From: Eubacteriales bacterium
GTDB taxonomy: Bacteria; Bacillota; Clostridia; Oscillospirales; CAG-272
Direction: 5' to 3'
Assembly (NCBI GenBank): GCA_045588165.1
Contig: JAZNDP010000066.1
Coordinates: forward strand, 1,614 to 65,613
Length of the DNA stretch: 64,000 bases
Below the pieces are notes generated by a model. The model made no database searches, was not told the origin of the DNA, and saw only the letters and a program-made list of their open reading frames with translations. Positions 24,983 through 34,149 of the stretch are shown here, one piece after another; within the stretch, counting starts at the first letter, position 1, and each line of letters starts with the position of its first letter. Position numbers and translations under genes: made by a program.

Positions 24983-26659
24983 CTATTGCTTTTCGGTTTT
25001 CTTATGCGTATCGCCGTGGCGAAGATCTGTGTTGCGGATTCTGTCCCGCAGTCGGAGGATATAGGAGGGAGAGACCGAGAGCTCGTCAATGCCCATACGC
25101 AAAAAGACCTCCGTCAGGGCGGGATCAGATCCCAGCTCACCGCAGATCCCGATCCATTTTCCGCGCTTGTGGGCATTGTCGGTTGCCGTTTGAATCAGGC
25201 GGAGAACTGCCTCGTGATGAGGATCGAAAAAGGGAGAAACACTTTGGTTTTGTCGGTCCAGAGCCAGTGTATATTGGGTCAGATCGTTGGTTCCGATGCT
25301 GAAAAAATCCACCAGCGGTGCCAGCCGATCACTGATGATGGCGGCGGCGGGGGTTTCGATCATGATCCCGATCTCGGTTCGGTCGGAATAGGGGATCTCC
25401 TCGGCGCGAAGCTCTTTCTTGACCCGCTCAACCTCCTCGCGAAGGCGAATCACCTCTTCCTCGGAGGTGATCAAGGGAAACATAATGGCAAGAGTGCCAA
25501 AGACCGAAGCCCGAAGAAGGGCGCGGAGCTGTGGCCGAAAAAGCTCAGGACGAGTCAGGCAGATTCGGATGGCACGTAATCCAAGAGCGGGATTTTCTTC
25601 CTTGTCCAAGCCGAGGTAGGTTACCTGCTTATCCGCACCGATATCCAAGGTTCGAATAACCACCTTTTTGCCGCCCATGCTTTGCAGGACGGTTTTGTAG
25701 ACCAGGAATTGCTCTTCCTCGTCGGGAGGCGCATCTCGATCCAGATACAAGAACTCACTGCGGAACAGTCCAATTCCGCCCGCGTCGTTGAGCAGAGCTG
25801 ACCCAACCTCTCGGGGTCCTTGTATGTTGGCAAAAATATCAATTCGTACGCCGTCCTGCGTTACGTTGTCCATGCCCTTGTTTCTTTGAAGCAAGGCTTT
25901 TGCCTCCAGATCTTTTTTCTGCTTTTCCTTCATATCGATCAGTGTCTGTCGGTCGGGAGAGAGATACACTTTCCCTTCGAAGCCGTCCACGATGATCTCG
26001 TCGCCGTCCCGCATCTGCAGAAGCTCTTCTCCCACGTTTACGACGGCAGGGATCCCCATGGTGCGGGCGAGAATGGCGGTATGGGAATTGACCGATCCTT
26101 TGGCGGTAACAAAGGCGGAGACCGTGTCTCGGTCCATTTGTATCGTCTCGCTGGGAGAAAGATCGTCGGCGCAAAGGATCGTTGCCGTGGGATACTCTCG
26201 TTGGAGACGGGGTGGGGCATTCCCCGAAAGGGCGGTGATCAGTCGGTCGGAAATATCCCGAATATCCGCCGCTCTTTCCTTCATATAGGGATCGTCCATA
26301 GAGGTAAAGACCGCGGAAAAATGATCTGCGGCGACCGAGACGGCATATTCGGCGTTCACCCGCTGTTCGCGGATGGTTCGAAGAATCGACTCGTTGTAAT
26401 CCTCGTCCTCCAACATCATTCGATGGATCTCAAAGATCTGGGCGCCGCTCTCTCCCACGTTCGCAAGTGCTTTTTTATATAGCTCATCCAATTCAAGGAT
26501 CGCTTTTTTCTTTGCCTGATACATGCGCTCCAGTTCTCCCGCGGAATCGGTTACGGAATGGCGGGACACGCTCTTTCCGTTACCGCCCCAAAGGGTGATC
26601 TGTCCGATGGCAATGCCGCCAAAAACCCCCTGACCGCTCAATGTAATCATTCTGAACAC
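24983..26659 (-). CDS. ptsI: PEP-protein phosphotransferase (PTS Enzyme I)
   Basis: TAKGSVNSHTAILAR phospho-His block, FFSIGTNDLTQY, ICGE. Ends in TAG. Confidence 0.95.
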   Translation of the reverse strand: MFRMITLSGQGVFGGIAIGQITLWGGNGKSVSRHSVTDSAGELERMYQAKKKAILELDELYKKALANVGESGAQIFEIHRMMLEDEDYNESILRTIREQRVNAEYAVSVAADHFSAVFTSMDDPYMKERAADIRDISDRLITALSGNAPPRLQREYPTATILCADDLSPSETIQMDRDTVSAFVTAKGSVNSHTAILARTMGIPAVVNVGEELLQMRDGDEIIVDGFEGKVYLSPDRQTLIDMKEKQKKDLEAKALLQRNKGMDNVTQDGVRIDIFANIQGPREVGSALLNDAGGIGLFRSEFLYLDRDAPPDEEEQFLVYKTVLQSMGGKKVVIRTLDIGADKQVTYLGLDKEENPALGLRAIRICLTRPELFRPQLRALLRASVFGTLAIMFPLITSEEEVIRLREEVERVKKELRAEEIPYSDRTEIGIMIETPAAAIISDRLAPLVDFFSIGTNDLTQYTLALDRQNQSVSPFFDPHHEAVLRLIQTATDNAHKRGKWIGICGELGSDPALTEVFLRMGIDELSVSPSYILRLRDRIRNTDLRHGDTHKKTEKQ

Positions 26660-26782
26660 TTCCTTCTTTTACGCATAAACTGATTGTGTAATCATGGATT
26701 AGTATGGGTCGTCGAAACGCTTTTTAACGCCCTTTTCTAAAAAAAGTGAAAACCTTTTGAGAAAAACATTGCGCAGATTGCC

Positions 26783-26811
26783 TTGACAAGATTTTTTGAT
26801 CGTGTTATAAT
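26783..26811 (+). promoter_or_regulatory. Sigma-A promoter for 26842..27111
   Basis: TTGACA, 17 bp, TATAAT. Confidence 0.7.
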
Positions 26812-26841
26812 GAAAATATCTTATTAGAATAAGGAGTTTTT

Positions 26842-27111
26842 ATGATGGAAACCTTGAAGAAATTTTTCCCCCTTTCCTTTAAGCGTCTTGACTCGGTTGG
26901 CAGTTTGGTGATCGGCATTCTGATCTATCTTGTAGTCGGTATCGTAGCCGGCGTGTTGATTGCTCTTTCGGGCGCTATCACCGGTTGGATCCCCGTCATC
27001 GGAAAGCTTGTCGGCTGGGTGCTTGGTATAGCGGGCGGCTTGATCGATCTCTACGTTCTGGTAGGCATCGTGATCCAGATCCTGGCATACTGCAAGGTTT
27101 TGAAGGACTGA
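26842..27111 (+). CDS. Small membrane protein (89 aa, 2-3 TM)
   Basis: AAGGAG SD. Gly/Ile/Val-rich hydrophobic segments. Own promoter and terminator. Confidence 0.65.
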   Translation: MMETLKKFFPLSFKRLDSVGSLVIGILIYLVVGIVAGVLIALSGAITGWIPVIGKLVGWVLGIAGGLIDLYVLVGIVIQILAYCKVLKD

Positions 27112-27123
27112 TGAGAATAAAAA

Positions 27124-27150
27124 AGAGACAACGGATGTTGTCTCTTTTTT
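27124..27150. terminator. Bidirectional terminator
   Basis: AGAGACAAC-ggat-GTTGTCTCT followed by TTTTT. Confidence 0.8.
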
Positions 27151-27156
27151 ATTATG

Positions 27157-29160
27157 TTAAATATCCGCGTCCTTCATATATTCACTGCCGTGGAGGGCAA
27201 TGAATTCCTTACGGGCGGGGAGATTGTTGCCAAGCAGGGTATCAAAAATCTCCTCGGTTTTTGCCGCGTCGGTTGGGGTGACGGCGATCAGCCGTCTCGT
27301 GGCGGGATGCATGGTGGTGCGGGACATCATTTCGGGCTCGTTCTCACCAAGACCCTTGGAGCGTTGAAGCGTATATTTCTGGTTGCCCAGCTTTTTGAGG
27401 ATCTCCGCCTTCTCGTATTCGTCGTAGGCAAAGTAGGTCTCATCCTTTGTGGTGATCTCAAACAGAGGGGTTTCCGCAATATAGACCTTTCCCTCCTTCA
27501 GCAGGGTGGGGAGGAGGCGGTAGAACAGAGTCAGAAGCAGGGTTCGGATCTGGAAGCCGTCCTCGTCCGCATCGGTACAGATGATGATTTTGGACCAACG
27601 GAGGGCATTCAGATCAAAGGTCACCAGATCTCCCTTGACCTTCTTTCCCGTGATCTCCACGCCGCAACCGATGACGCGAAGCAGATCGGTGATGATGTCG
27701 CTCTTGAAGATCTGGTCATAGGTGCTCTTCATGCAGTTCAGGGTCTTACCCCGAACGGGAATGATTGCCTGAAAGTCAGCATTTCTTGCCAGCTTACAGG
27801 AGGTCAGCGCCGAATCTCCTTCCACGATATACAGCTCGCGGATGGTGGGATCCTTGGAGCGACAGCCGACGAATTTTTCTACGCGGCTGGCGATATCCAT
27901 ACTTCCCGTCAGCTTTTTCTTGATGTTCAGCCGTTCGGATTCCGCGCTCTCGCGGCTTCTCTTGTTCACCAGAACCTGATTGGCAAAGGTCTCGGCGGCG
28001 GTGGGATTCTCCACAAAGTAGATATCCAGATTTTCCTTCAGGAAGGCGGTCATTGCCTCGTAGATGAAGGTGTTCGTGATCGACTTCTTCGTTTGGTTTT
28101 CGTAAGAGGTCATGGTGGAGAAGCTGTTGATGACCAGAAGCAGACAGTCCGATACGTCGGCAAAGGTAATCTTGGATTCGTTTTTGTTGTACTTTCCCGC
28201 GTTTTTCAGATATCTGTCCAGCGCGTAAACGAAGGCTACCTTAACCGCCTTGTCGGGTGAACCGCCGTGCTCCAAAAAGCTGGAGTTGTGATAATACTCG
28301 GTAGCATTGACCGTATTGGACACGCAGAAGGAGAAATCCGCTTTCAGCTTGTATTCATCCTTATCGGCGCGATCCCGTCCTTGGGTTTCCAGATGCCAGA
28401 GCACGGGAGCGGTCATGGCAGTGTCGCCCGCCAACTCGGAAATATAGTCCGAGATGCCGTTTTCGTAGAGGAATTTTTGTTCCTCAAATTTGCCGTCGTC
28501 GCCCTGCAGGCGCAGTGTAAAGCAAATGCCGGGATTGACCACCGACTGACGGCGCATGGTTTCTACGAAGAAGGAGTGGGGGATGTTGATATCGGTAAAG
28601 ACCTCCAGATCGGGTCTCCAACGGATGACCGTACCCGTGCGTCTCTCGCCTCGCTCCAAGGGGCGGACGGAGAGATCGGTAACGGGAGATCCTTTTTTGA
28701 AGCTGATCTTGGATTCGTTGATTCCGTCATAGGAAAAGACGTCCATGTATTCGGCGCTGTATTGGGTGGCGCAAGCGCCCAGACCGTTCAGTCCGAGAGA
28801 AAACTCGTATGCCGAGTCCCCATTGTTGTTGTCGTATTTACCGCCGGCGTAGAGCTCACAGTAAATCAGGTCCCAGTTCCAGCGTCCTTCCGCTTCATTG
28901 TACCCCAGGGGTACTCCGCGGCCGTGGTCGTCCACGCAGATCGAGCGGTCGGCAAAGGCGGTGACGGTAATTTCGTTTCCATGTCCCTCTCTTGCCTCGT
29001 CCACTGAGTTGGAAAGGATCTCAAAGAAGGAGTGCTCACAGCCCTCCAGACCGTCAGAACCGAAAATAACGCCGGGGCGCTTTCGTACGCGGTCGGCGCC
29101 CTTCAGCGCCTTAATGCTTTGATCGTTATATTGTTTTGATGCATCTTTCTTCTGTGCCAT
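27157..29160 (-). CDS. Type IIA topoisomerase subunit B (GyrB/ParE family paralogue)
   Basis: GHKL ATPase EILSNSVDEA / LGLNGLGA, TOPRIM ELYIVEGDSA, PVRGK, ICTDADEDGFQIR. Start at MAQKKDASKQ (ATG 29160). No A subunit is adjacent. Confidence 0.88.
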   Translation of the reverse strand: MAQKKDASKQYNDQSIKALKGADRVRKRPGVIFGSDGLEGCEHSFFEILSNSVDEAREGHGNEITVTAFADRSICVDDHGRGVPLGYNEAEGRWNWDLIYCELYAGGKYDNNNGDSAYEFSLGLNGLGACATQYSAEYMDVFSYDGINESKISFKKGSPVTDLSVRPLERGERRTGTVIRWRPDLEVFTDINIPHSFFVETMRRQSVVNPGICFTLRLQGDDGKFEEQKFLYENGISDYISELAGDTAMTAPVLWHLETQGRDRADKDEYKLKADFSFCVSNTVNATEYYHNSSFLEHGGSPDKAVKVAFVYALDRYLKNAGKYNKNESKITFADVSDCLLLVINSFSTMTSYENQTKKSITNTFIYEAMTAFLKENLDIYFVENPTAAETFANQVLVNKRSRESAESERLNIKKKLTGSMDIASRVEKFVGCRSKDPTIRELYIVEGDSALTSCKLARNADFQAIIPVRGKTLNCMKSTYDQIFKSDIITDLLRVIGCGVEITGKKVKGDLVTFDLNALRWSKIIICTDADEDGFQIRTLLLTLFYRLLPTLLKEGKVYIAETPLFEITTKDETYFAYDEYEKAEILKKLGNQKYTLQRSKGLGENEPEMMSRTTMHPATRRLIAVTPTDAAKTEEIFDTLLGNNLPARKEFIALHGSEYMKDADI

Positions 29161-29191
29161 ATGATACCTTCCGTTGAAGAATTTTAGTGGG

Positions 29192-29668
29192 TCAGATCTC
29201 TCTTGCGCGGCAAAGCTCTTCCCAGCTTTTTGCCTCCGAGGAGAGGAAAAGCTCCTCGCAGGAGAGGCGGACGGCACTGCTTGCCGTACCCGCGGCAGGG
29301 AAAACGACGTCAAATCGCTTCAGAGAGATGTCTAGATAAACGTCGACACCCTCGGGCAGGGCAAAGGGGCAAACGCCGCCTACGGCATGTCCTGTCAGAG
29401 AGAGCGCCTCGTCGGGGGAGAGCATGCGGGGCTTGAAGCCAAAGCGCGCCTTGAATTTGGCATTGTCGATTTTATAGTCGCCGGCGCACACCACCAGCAT
29501 ACAGCCGCCCTCTTTTCCGTGGAGCGAGATGGTTTTGGCAATGCGGGCGCCCTCGGTTCCAAGCGCTGCCGCGGCAAGCTCTACCGTGGCGCTGGATACG
29601 TCAAATTCCTGAATTCGGTCGGCAAGACCGTAGCGCTCCAGATGCGCTTTGACTGCTTCAATGGACAT
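29192..29668 (-). CDS. YbaK/EbsC-type aminoacyl-tRNA deacylase domain protein
   Basis: KTISLHGKEGGCMLVVCAGDYKIDNAKF...GHAVGGVCPF is typical of the YbaK/ProX editing fold. Confidence 0.75.
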   Translation of the reverse strand: MSIEAVKAHLERYGLADRIQEFDVSSATVELAAAALGTEGARIAKTISLHGKEGGCMLVVCAGDYKIDNAKFKARFGFKPRMLSPDEALSLTGHAVGGVCPFALPEGVDVYLDISLKRFDVVFPAAGTASSAVRLSCEELFLSSEAKSWEELCRAREI

Positions 29669-29783
29669 GATTTTCCCCAATCGTTGATAAATTATCGAAT
29701 AATTATCTATATTATACCAAATTTTTTTGCTTTTGAAAAGGGGTTTTTGTTTTTTTGTCAAGGCGAATTTTTTGACAAACGTA

Positions 29784-29813
29784 TTGACAAAGATGTTATC
29801 GATATGGTATAAT
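29784..29813 (+). promoter_or_regulatory. Sigma-A promoter for the ZTP leader and pflBA
   Basis: TTGACA (29784-29789), 18 bp, TGgTATAAT (29805-29813). A second TTGACA box lies at 29771. Confidence 0.7.
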
Positions 29814-29819
29814 ACAGAT

Positions 29820-29895
29820 GTCCTGTAACTGACGGAGCATAGAGTGTACTATGAGGGAGCAGGACACATATTTGCCGACCGTCTGGGCTCCCTTG
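29820..29895 (+). promoter_or_regulatory. ZTP riboswitch (pfl motif) aptamer
   Basis: P1 GTCCTG (29820-25) pairs with CAGGAC (29860-65). Conserved ACTGACGGAG core. 3' module CCGACCGTCTGGGC. Pseudoknot GACGG (29831-35) / CCGTC (29879-83). Located directly upstream of pflB. Confidence 0.75.
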
Positions 29896-29921
29896 TACAA
29901 GCAAGAGGAACCCTTTTATTT
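29885..29921 (+). terminator. Candidate riboswitch-controlled terminator (expression platform)
   Basis: GGGCTCC (29885-91) / GGAACCC (29907-13) with one mismatch, then TTTTATT. The 5' arm overlaps the aptamer 3' end. Confidence 0.45.
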
Positions 29922-29976
29922 ATGCTGAATGACAAATAAATGTCAAACTTTTGGAGGAATTAGGAAGGAGAACACT

Positions 29977-32205
29977 ATGGACGCGTGGAGAAATTTTGAG
30001 GAAGGAAACTGGCAGAAGGAAATTGACGTCAGAGATTTTATTACAAGCAATTATACCCCCTATGAGGGTGATGCCTCGTTTCTGGCAGGTCCCACCAAGC
30101 GAACCGATTCGATTCGGGCGCGCGTGGACGAGCTGCTGATTGAGGAGAACAAAAAGGGCGGCGTGTTGGACGTGGATACCGACCGTGTCGCGTCTCTTTT
30201 GACCTTCAAGCCCGGATATATCAAGAAAGAGGACGAGCTGATCGTGGGCCTACAGACCGACGCGCCCTTGAAGCGTGCCGTGAATCCCTTTGCGGGCTAC
30301 CGTAACGCCGTTCAGGCATGTCAGGCGTACGGCTACGAGATTGGCGATTCGATCAAAGATGAGTTCCGCTATCGCACCACCCATAACACCGGTGTATTCC
30401 GCGTGTATACCGATACCATGAAAAAGGCGCGTCACGCGGGTGTGTTGACGGGTCTGCCCGACGCATATGCCCGAGGACGTATTATCGGCGACTACCGCCG
30501 AATTGCCCTGTACGGCATGGATTATCTGATCCGTGAGCGGAAAGAGGACAAGCGCCGCGTGGGCGAGCGGGATATGACCGCTGAAACGATTCAATTGCTG
30601 GAGGATATTGCCAGACAGCTGGAGTTTATGCAGCAGCTCATTACCATGGCAGCGGAATACGGTTGCGATATCAGCCGTCCCGCAGAGAATGCCCGCGAGG
30701 CGGTTCAGTGGCTGTATTTCGGCTATCTGGGCGCAGTCAAGGAGCAGAACGGAGCCGCCAACAGTATCGGCAGAATTTCGGCGTTCCTCGATATTTACAT
30801 GGAGCGGGACATCAAGGAGGGTGTGCTGACCGAGACCGGTGCTCAGGAGCTGATCGACGATCTGGTTCTGAAGATGCGTTTGGTTCGTCATTTGCGTACT
30901 CCCGAGTATAACGATCTCTTTGCGGGAGATCCCGTTTGGGTGACCTGCTCTCTTGCCGGTATGGGTACGGATGGCAGACCTATGGTCACCAAGACCTGCT
31001 ATCGATTCCTGCAGACTCTGTATAATCTGGGCCCCAGCGCCGAGCCGAACATTACCGTTCTTTGGTCGGTTCGTTTGCCCAAGGCATTTAAGGAGTTCTG
31101 CGCTAAAGTGTCCATCGATACCGATTCGATCCAATATGAGAATGACGACGTGATGCAGAAGGACTTTGGCGATGATTACGCCATTGCTTGCTGTGTGTCC
31201 GCGATGAAAACGGGTAAGCAGATGCAGTTCTTCGGTGCTCGCTGCAACCTTGCCAAGGTGCTCCTGATGGCGCTGAATGGCGGTCGGGATGAGCTGTACG
31301 GAGATCAGATCGCTCCCGAAGGAAAACCCTTTGAGGATGGGAAGCCTCTGGTATACGAGGAGGTTTTGGAGGCTTTCAAGATCTACGCTTCCTGGATGGC
31401 AAAGCTCTACGTGAACACGATGAACGTCATTCACTATATGCATGACCGTTACGCTTATGAGCGTCTGATGATGTCTCTCCACGATATTGAGCCCGAGCGT
31501 CTGATGGCGTTTGGTATCAGCGGATTCAGTGTGCTGGCGGATAGCTTGAGCGCGATCAAATACGCCAAGGTAACTCCCGTTAAGGACGAGAGAGGTCTGA
31601 TCGTTGACTTCGTGACCGAGGGTGATTTCCCCAAGTACGGAAACGACGACGACCGTGTGGACAGTATTGCCAAGTGGATTGCGGAGTTCTTCTATTCCGA
31701 GCTTTGTAAGACTCCCGCATACAGAAAGGCGAAGCATACCCTGTCCTTGCTGACCATCACCTCTAACGTGGTGTACGGTAAAAAGACGGGCGCTACCCCT
31801 GACGGAAGAAAGAAGGGTGAGCCCTTCGCTCCCGGCGCCAACCCCATGCACGGAAGAGACAGCGAGGGCGCGCTGGCGTCTCTGAACTCGGTAGCAAAGA
31901 TCTGCTACGATTGCTGTCAGGACGGTATTTCCAATACCTTCTCCATCACCCCCGCTGCCCTTGGCAGTGACGAGGCGGATCGGATCCAAAAGCTGGTTGG
32001 TGTGCTGGACGGATATTTCGTACAGGACGCTCACCACTTGAATGTCAACGTATTGAACCGTCAGAAGCTGATCGATGCCATGAACGATCCGACCCTGTAT
32101 CCTTCTCTGACCATTCGTGTCAGCGGATATGCGGTGAATTTCAATAAATTGACCAGAGACAAGCAGGAAGAGGTTATCTCCAGAACCTTCCACGAGCAGA
32201 TGTAA
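29977..32205 (+). CDS. pflB: Formate C-acetyltransferase (pyruvate formate-lyase)
   Basis: 742 aa. IACCVSA catalytic Cys pair and C-terminal glycyl-radical motif [19 protein letters not shown] before ATG 29977. Confidence 0.95.
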   Translation: MDAWRNFEEGNWQKEIDVRDFITSNYTPYEGDASFLAGPTKRTDSIRARVDELLIEENKKGGVLDVDTDRVASLLTFKPGYIKKEDELIVGLQTDAPLKRAVNPFAGYRNAVQACQAYGYEIGDSIKDEFRYRTTHNTGVFRVYTDTMKKARHAGVLTGLPDAYARGRIIGDYRRIALYGMDYLIRERKEDKRRVGERDMTAETIQLLEDIARQLEFMQQLITMAAEYGCDISRPAENAREAVQWLYFGYLGAVKEQNGAANSIGRISAFLDIYMERDIKEGVLTETGAQELIDDLVLKMRLVRHLRTPEYNDLFAGDPVWVTCSLAGMGTDGRPMVTKTCYRFLQTLYNLGPSAEPNITVLWSVRLPKAFKEFCAKVSIDTDSIQYENDDVMQKDFGDDYAIACCVSAMKTGKQMQFFGARCNLAKVLLMALNGGRDELYGDQIAPEGKPFEDGKPLVYEEVLEAFKIYASWMAKLYVNTMNVIHYMHDRYAYERLMMSLHDIEPERLMAFGISGFSVLADSLSAIKYAKVTPVKDERGLIVDFVTEGDFPKYGNDDDRVDSIAKWIAEFFYSELCKTPAYRKAKHTLSLLTITSNVVYGKKTGATPDGRKKGEPFAPGANPMHGRDSEGALASLNSVAKICYDCCQDGISNTFSITPAALGSDEADRIQKLVGVLDGYFVQDAHHLNVNVLNRQKLIDAMNDPTLYPSLTIRVSGYAVNFNKLTRDKQEEVISRTFHEQM

Positions 32206-32207
32206 GA

Positions 32208-32930
32208 ATGGGTGGGTTCATTCACTCCTTTGAGAGCCTTGCTGCCGTAGACGGGGAGGGGTTGCGATACGCCGTCTTTCTTTCCGGTTGCCCCATGCGA
32301 TGTGTGTATTGTCATAACCCCGATACCTGGCAGCGTGACCGCGGCACCGTCATGGAGGCGGAAGAATTGGCAAGAAAGGTTGCCCGTTATAAGCCGTATT
32401 TCGGTGCCGAGGGGGGCGTAACCTTCAGCGGAGGCGAGCCTCTGCTGCAAGCCGAATTCTTGCGGGAAATGGTCCCACAGCTGGCAGAGCGGGAGATCGG
32501 ATATATCGTGGATACCTCGGGTGCCGTACCCCTGACCGATGCGGTGAGGGAGGTGCTGTCGGCGGCGCAGAGCGTCATTCTGGATCTGAAATTTCCAACC
32601 GACGAGACCTACCGCCGCTACACGGGGTGGGGGATTGAACCGACGCTGGATGTGTTGCGATATCTGGAATCGATTGGGAAGAAGACCAGAATCCGTACGG
32701 TGATCGTCCCGGGGCTGAATGATAGCGAGGAGCTTCTTCGGCTGTACGTGGAGATTGTCAAACAGTTTTCTTGTGTTTTTCGTTACGAACTTCTTGCCTT
32801 CCATACCATGGGATTTTTCAAGTATGAGAGGTTGGGAGTGGAGAATCCCCTTGCGGGAAAGAAGGCATTGGATCCGCTCCTCAAGGATCGTCTGCAATCC
32901 TTTGTAGACCAAGCAATGTCAACAAAATAA
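32208..32930 (+). CDS. pflA: Pyruvate formate-lyase activating enzyme (radical SAM)
   Basis: GCPMRCVYCHNPDTW cluster motif, GGVTFSGGEPL. Immediately follows pflB. Confidence 0.93.
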   Translation: MGGFIHSFESLAAVDGEGLRYAVFLSGCPMRCVYCHNPDTWQRDRGTVMEAEELARKVARYKPYFGAEGGVTFSGGEPLLQAEFLREMVPQLAEREIGYIVDTSGAVPLTDAVREVLSAAQSVILDLKFPTDETYRRYTGWGIEPTLDVLRYLESIGKKTRIRTVIVPGLNDSEELLRLYVEIVKQFSCVFRYELLAFHTMGFFKYERLGVENPLAGKKALDPLLKDRLQSFVDQAMSTK

Positions 32931-32934
32931 AGAA

Positions 32935-32970
32935 AGACCATCGCCACGGGCGATGGTCTTTTCCTTTTTT
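32935..32970. terminator. Bidirectional terminator
   Basis: AGACCATCGCC-acg-GGCGATGGTCT followed by a T-run. Confidence 0.8.
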
Positions 32971-34141
32971 ATTTGATCCGTACGAGTGTGTCAAGCCCTT
33001 TTTTCAGAGCTGCGGCGAGCGCGTCGAGATCTTCTTTCGTGTTATATCCCGACATACTGATCCGCAGGGAGCAATCGGCTTCCTTTGCCGACAGCCCAAA
33101 GGCGAGAAGAGCCGAGCTGGGATGTGCCGAATGAGAGGAGCAAGCCGAGCCGCTGGAGACGTAGATCCCGTCGGCGGACAGGGCGTGCAGCATCGTCTCG
33201 CTTTTGATATTGGGAAGAGTGATATTGATGACGTGGGGCAGATACGTTCCCGCGGGGCGGTTGATCCGCACGTCCAGGGTGGAGAGCTTGTCCTCGGCGT
33301 ACGCGCGAAGCTCCTGCACGTGAGCAGAAAGCTGGGATTTTCGGTTTTGTATATCCTCCACCGCCGCGCCGAAGGCGGCGATGCCGATGGTGTTTTCGGT
33401 ACCGGAACGGAACCCGTTCTCCTGACCGCCCCCCACCAAAAAGGGAACGATCCGCTTCGTCTTGATCAGCTCGGAGGAGACGTACAGCGCGCCCACTCCC
33501 TTGGGGGCGTGAAGCTTATGTCCGCTTACCGTGATCAGATCGGCACAAAGATTTTTGGGAGTAAAGGGAATCTTCATAAACGCCTGAACCGCGTCGCAAT
33601 GCGTGATGGCAGAGGGATAGCGTTGCTTGATCGTTCGGAACGCCTCGCCGATCTCATAGCATGCGCCCGTTTCGTTGTTGACCAGCATCATGGTGGCAAG
33701 GAAGATCTTTTTGTCCAGCGCCTCCTCCAGCGCCTCCATGTCCAGAACACCGCCTCGGGTGGGGATCCGAACGATCTCAAATCCGTCCTGCTCCAACCTC
33801 TGAAGGGCTCTCTCCACGGAGGGGTGCTCCGAGTCGGTGGTCAGAATTCTCGTGGCATCACGGCGCGCCTTGGCATATGCCGTTCCAAATAGCGCCAGTG
33901 AGGTTGCCTCGGTGCCGCAGGAGGTAAAGATTACGGTTCCGTCGGTCTGCCTTGGGCGAAGGCCAAAGCCGCGTAAAAGCTGATCTCTTGCCGTGCTGAG
34001 CAAGACCTCTGCCGCTTGTCCCGCGCTGTGCAAGGAGGAGGGGTTTCCAAAGATACCTACGGTTTCGTTTATTTTTGCCACCACTGCCTCGGAAAGAGGC
34101 GTGGTGGCGCTGTTGTCCAGATAAATACTCGGCTTGTTCAT
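32969..34141 (-). CDS. Cysteine desulfurase (NifS/IscS class V aminotransferase)
   Basis: SGHKLHAPKGVGALYV PLP-Lys block, SSGSACSS active-site Cys loop. ATG 34141 preferred over TTG 34153. Confidence 0.88.
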   Translation of the reverse strand: MNKPSIYLDNSATTPLSEAVVAKINETVGIFGNPSSLHSAGQAAEVLLSTARDQLLRGFGLRPRQTDGTVIFTSCGTEATSLALFGTAYAKARRDATRILTTDSEHPSVERALQRLEQDGFEIVRIPTRGGVLDMEALEEALDKKIFLATMMLVNNETGACYEIGEAFRTIKQRYPSAITHCDAVQAFMKIPFTPKNLCADLITVSGHKLHAPKGVGALYVSSELIKTKRIVPFLVGGGQENGFRSGTENTIGIAAFGAAVEDIQNRKSQLSAHVQELRAYAEDKLSTLDVRINRPAGTYLPHVINITLPNIKSETMLHALSADGIYVSSGSACSSHSAHPSSALLAFGLSAKEADCSLRISMSGYNTKEDLDALAAALKKGLDTLVRIK

Positions 34142-34149
34142 GTCGTTCC

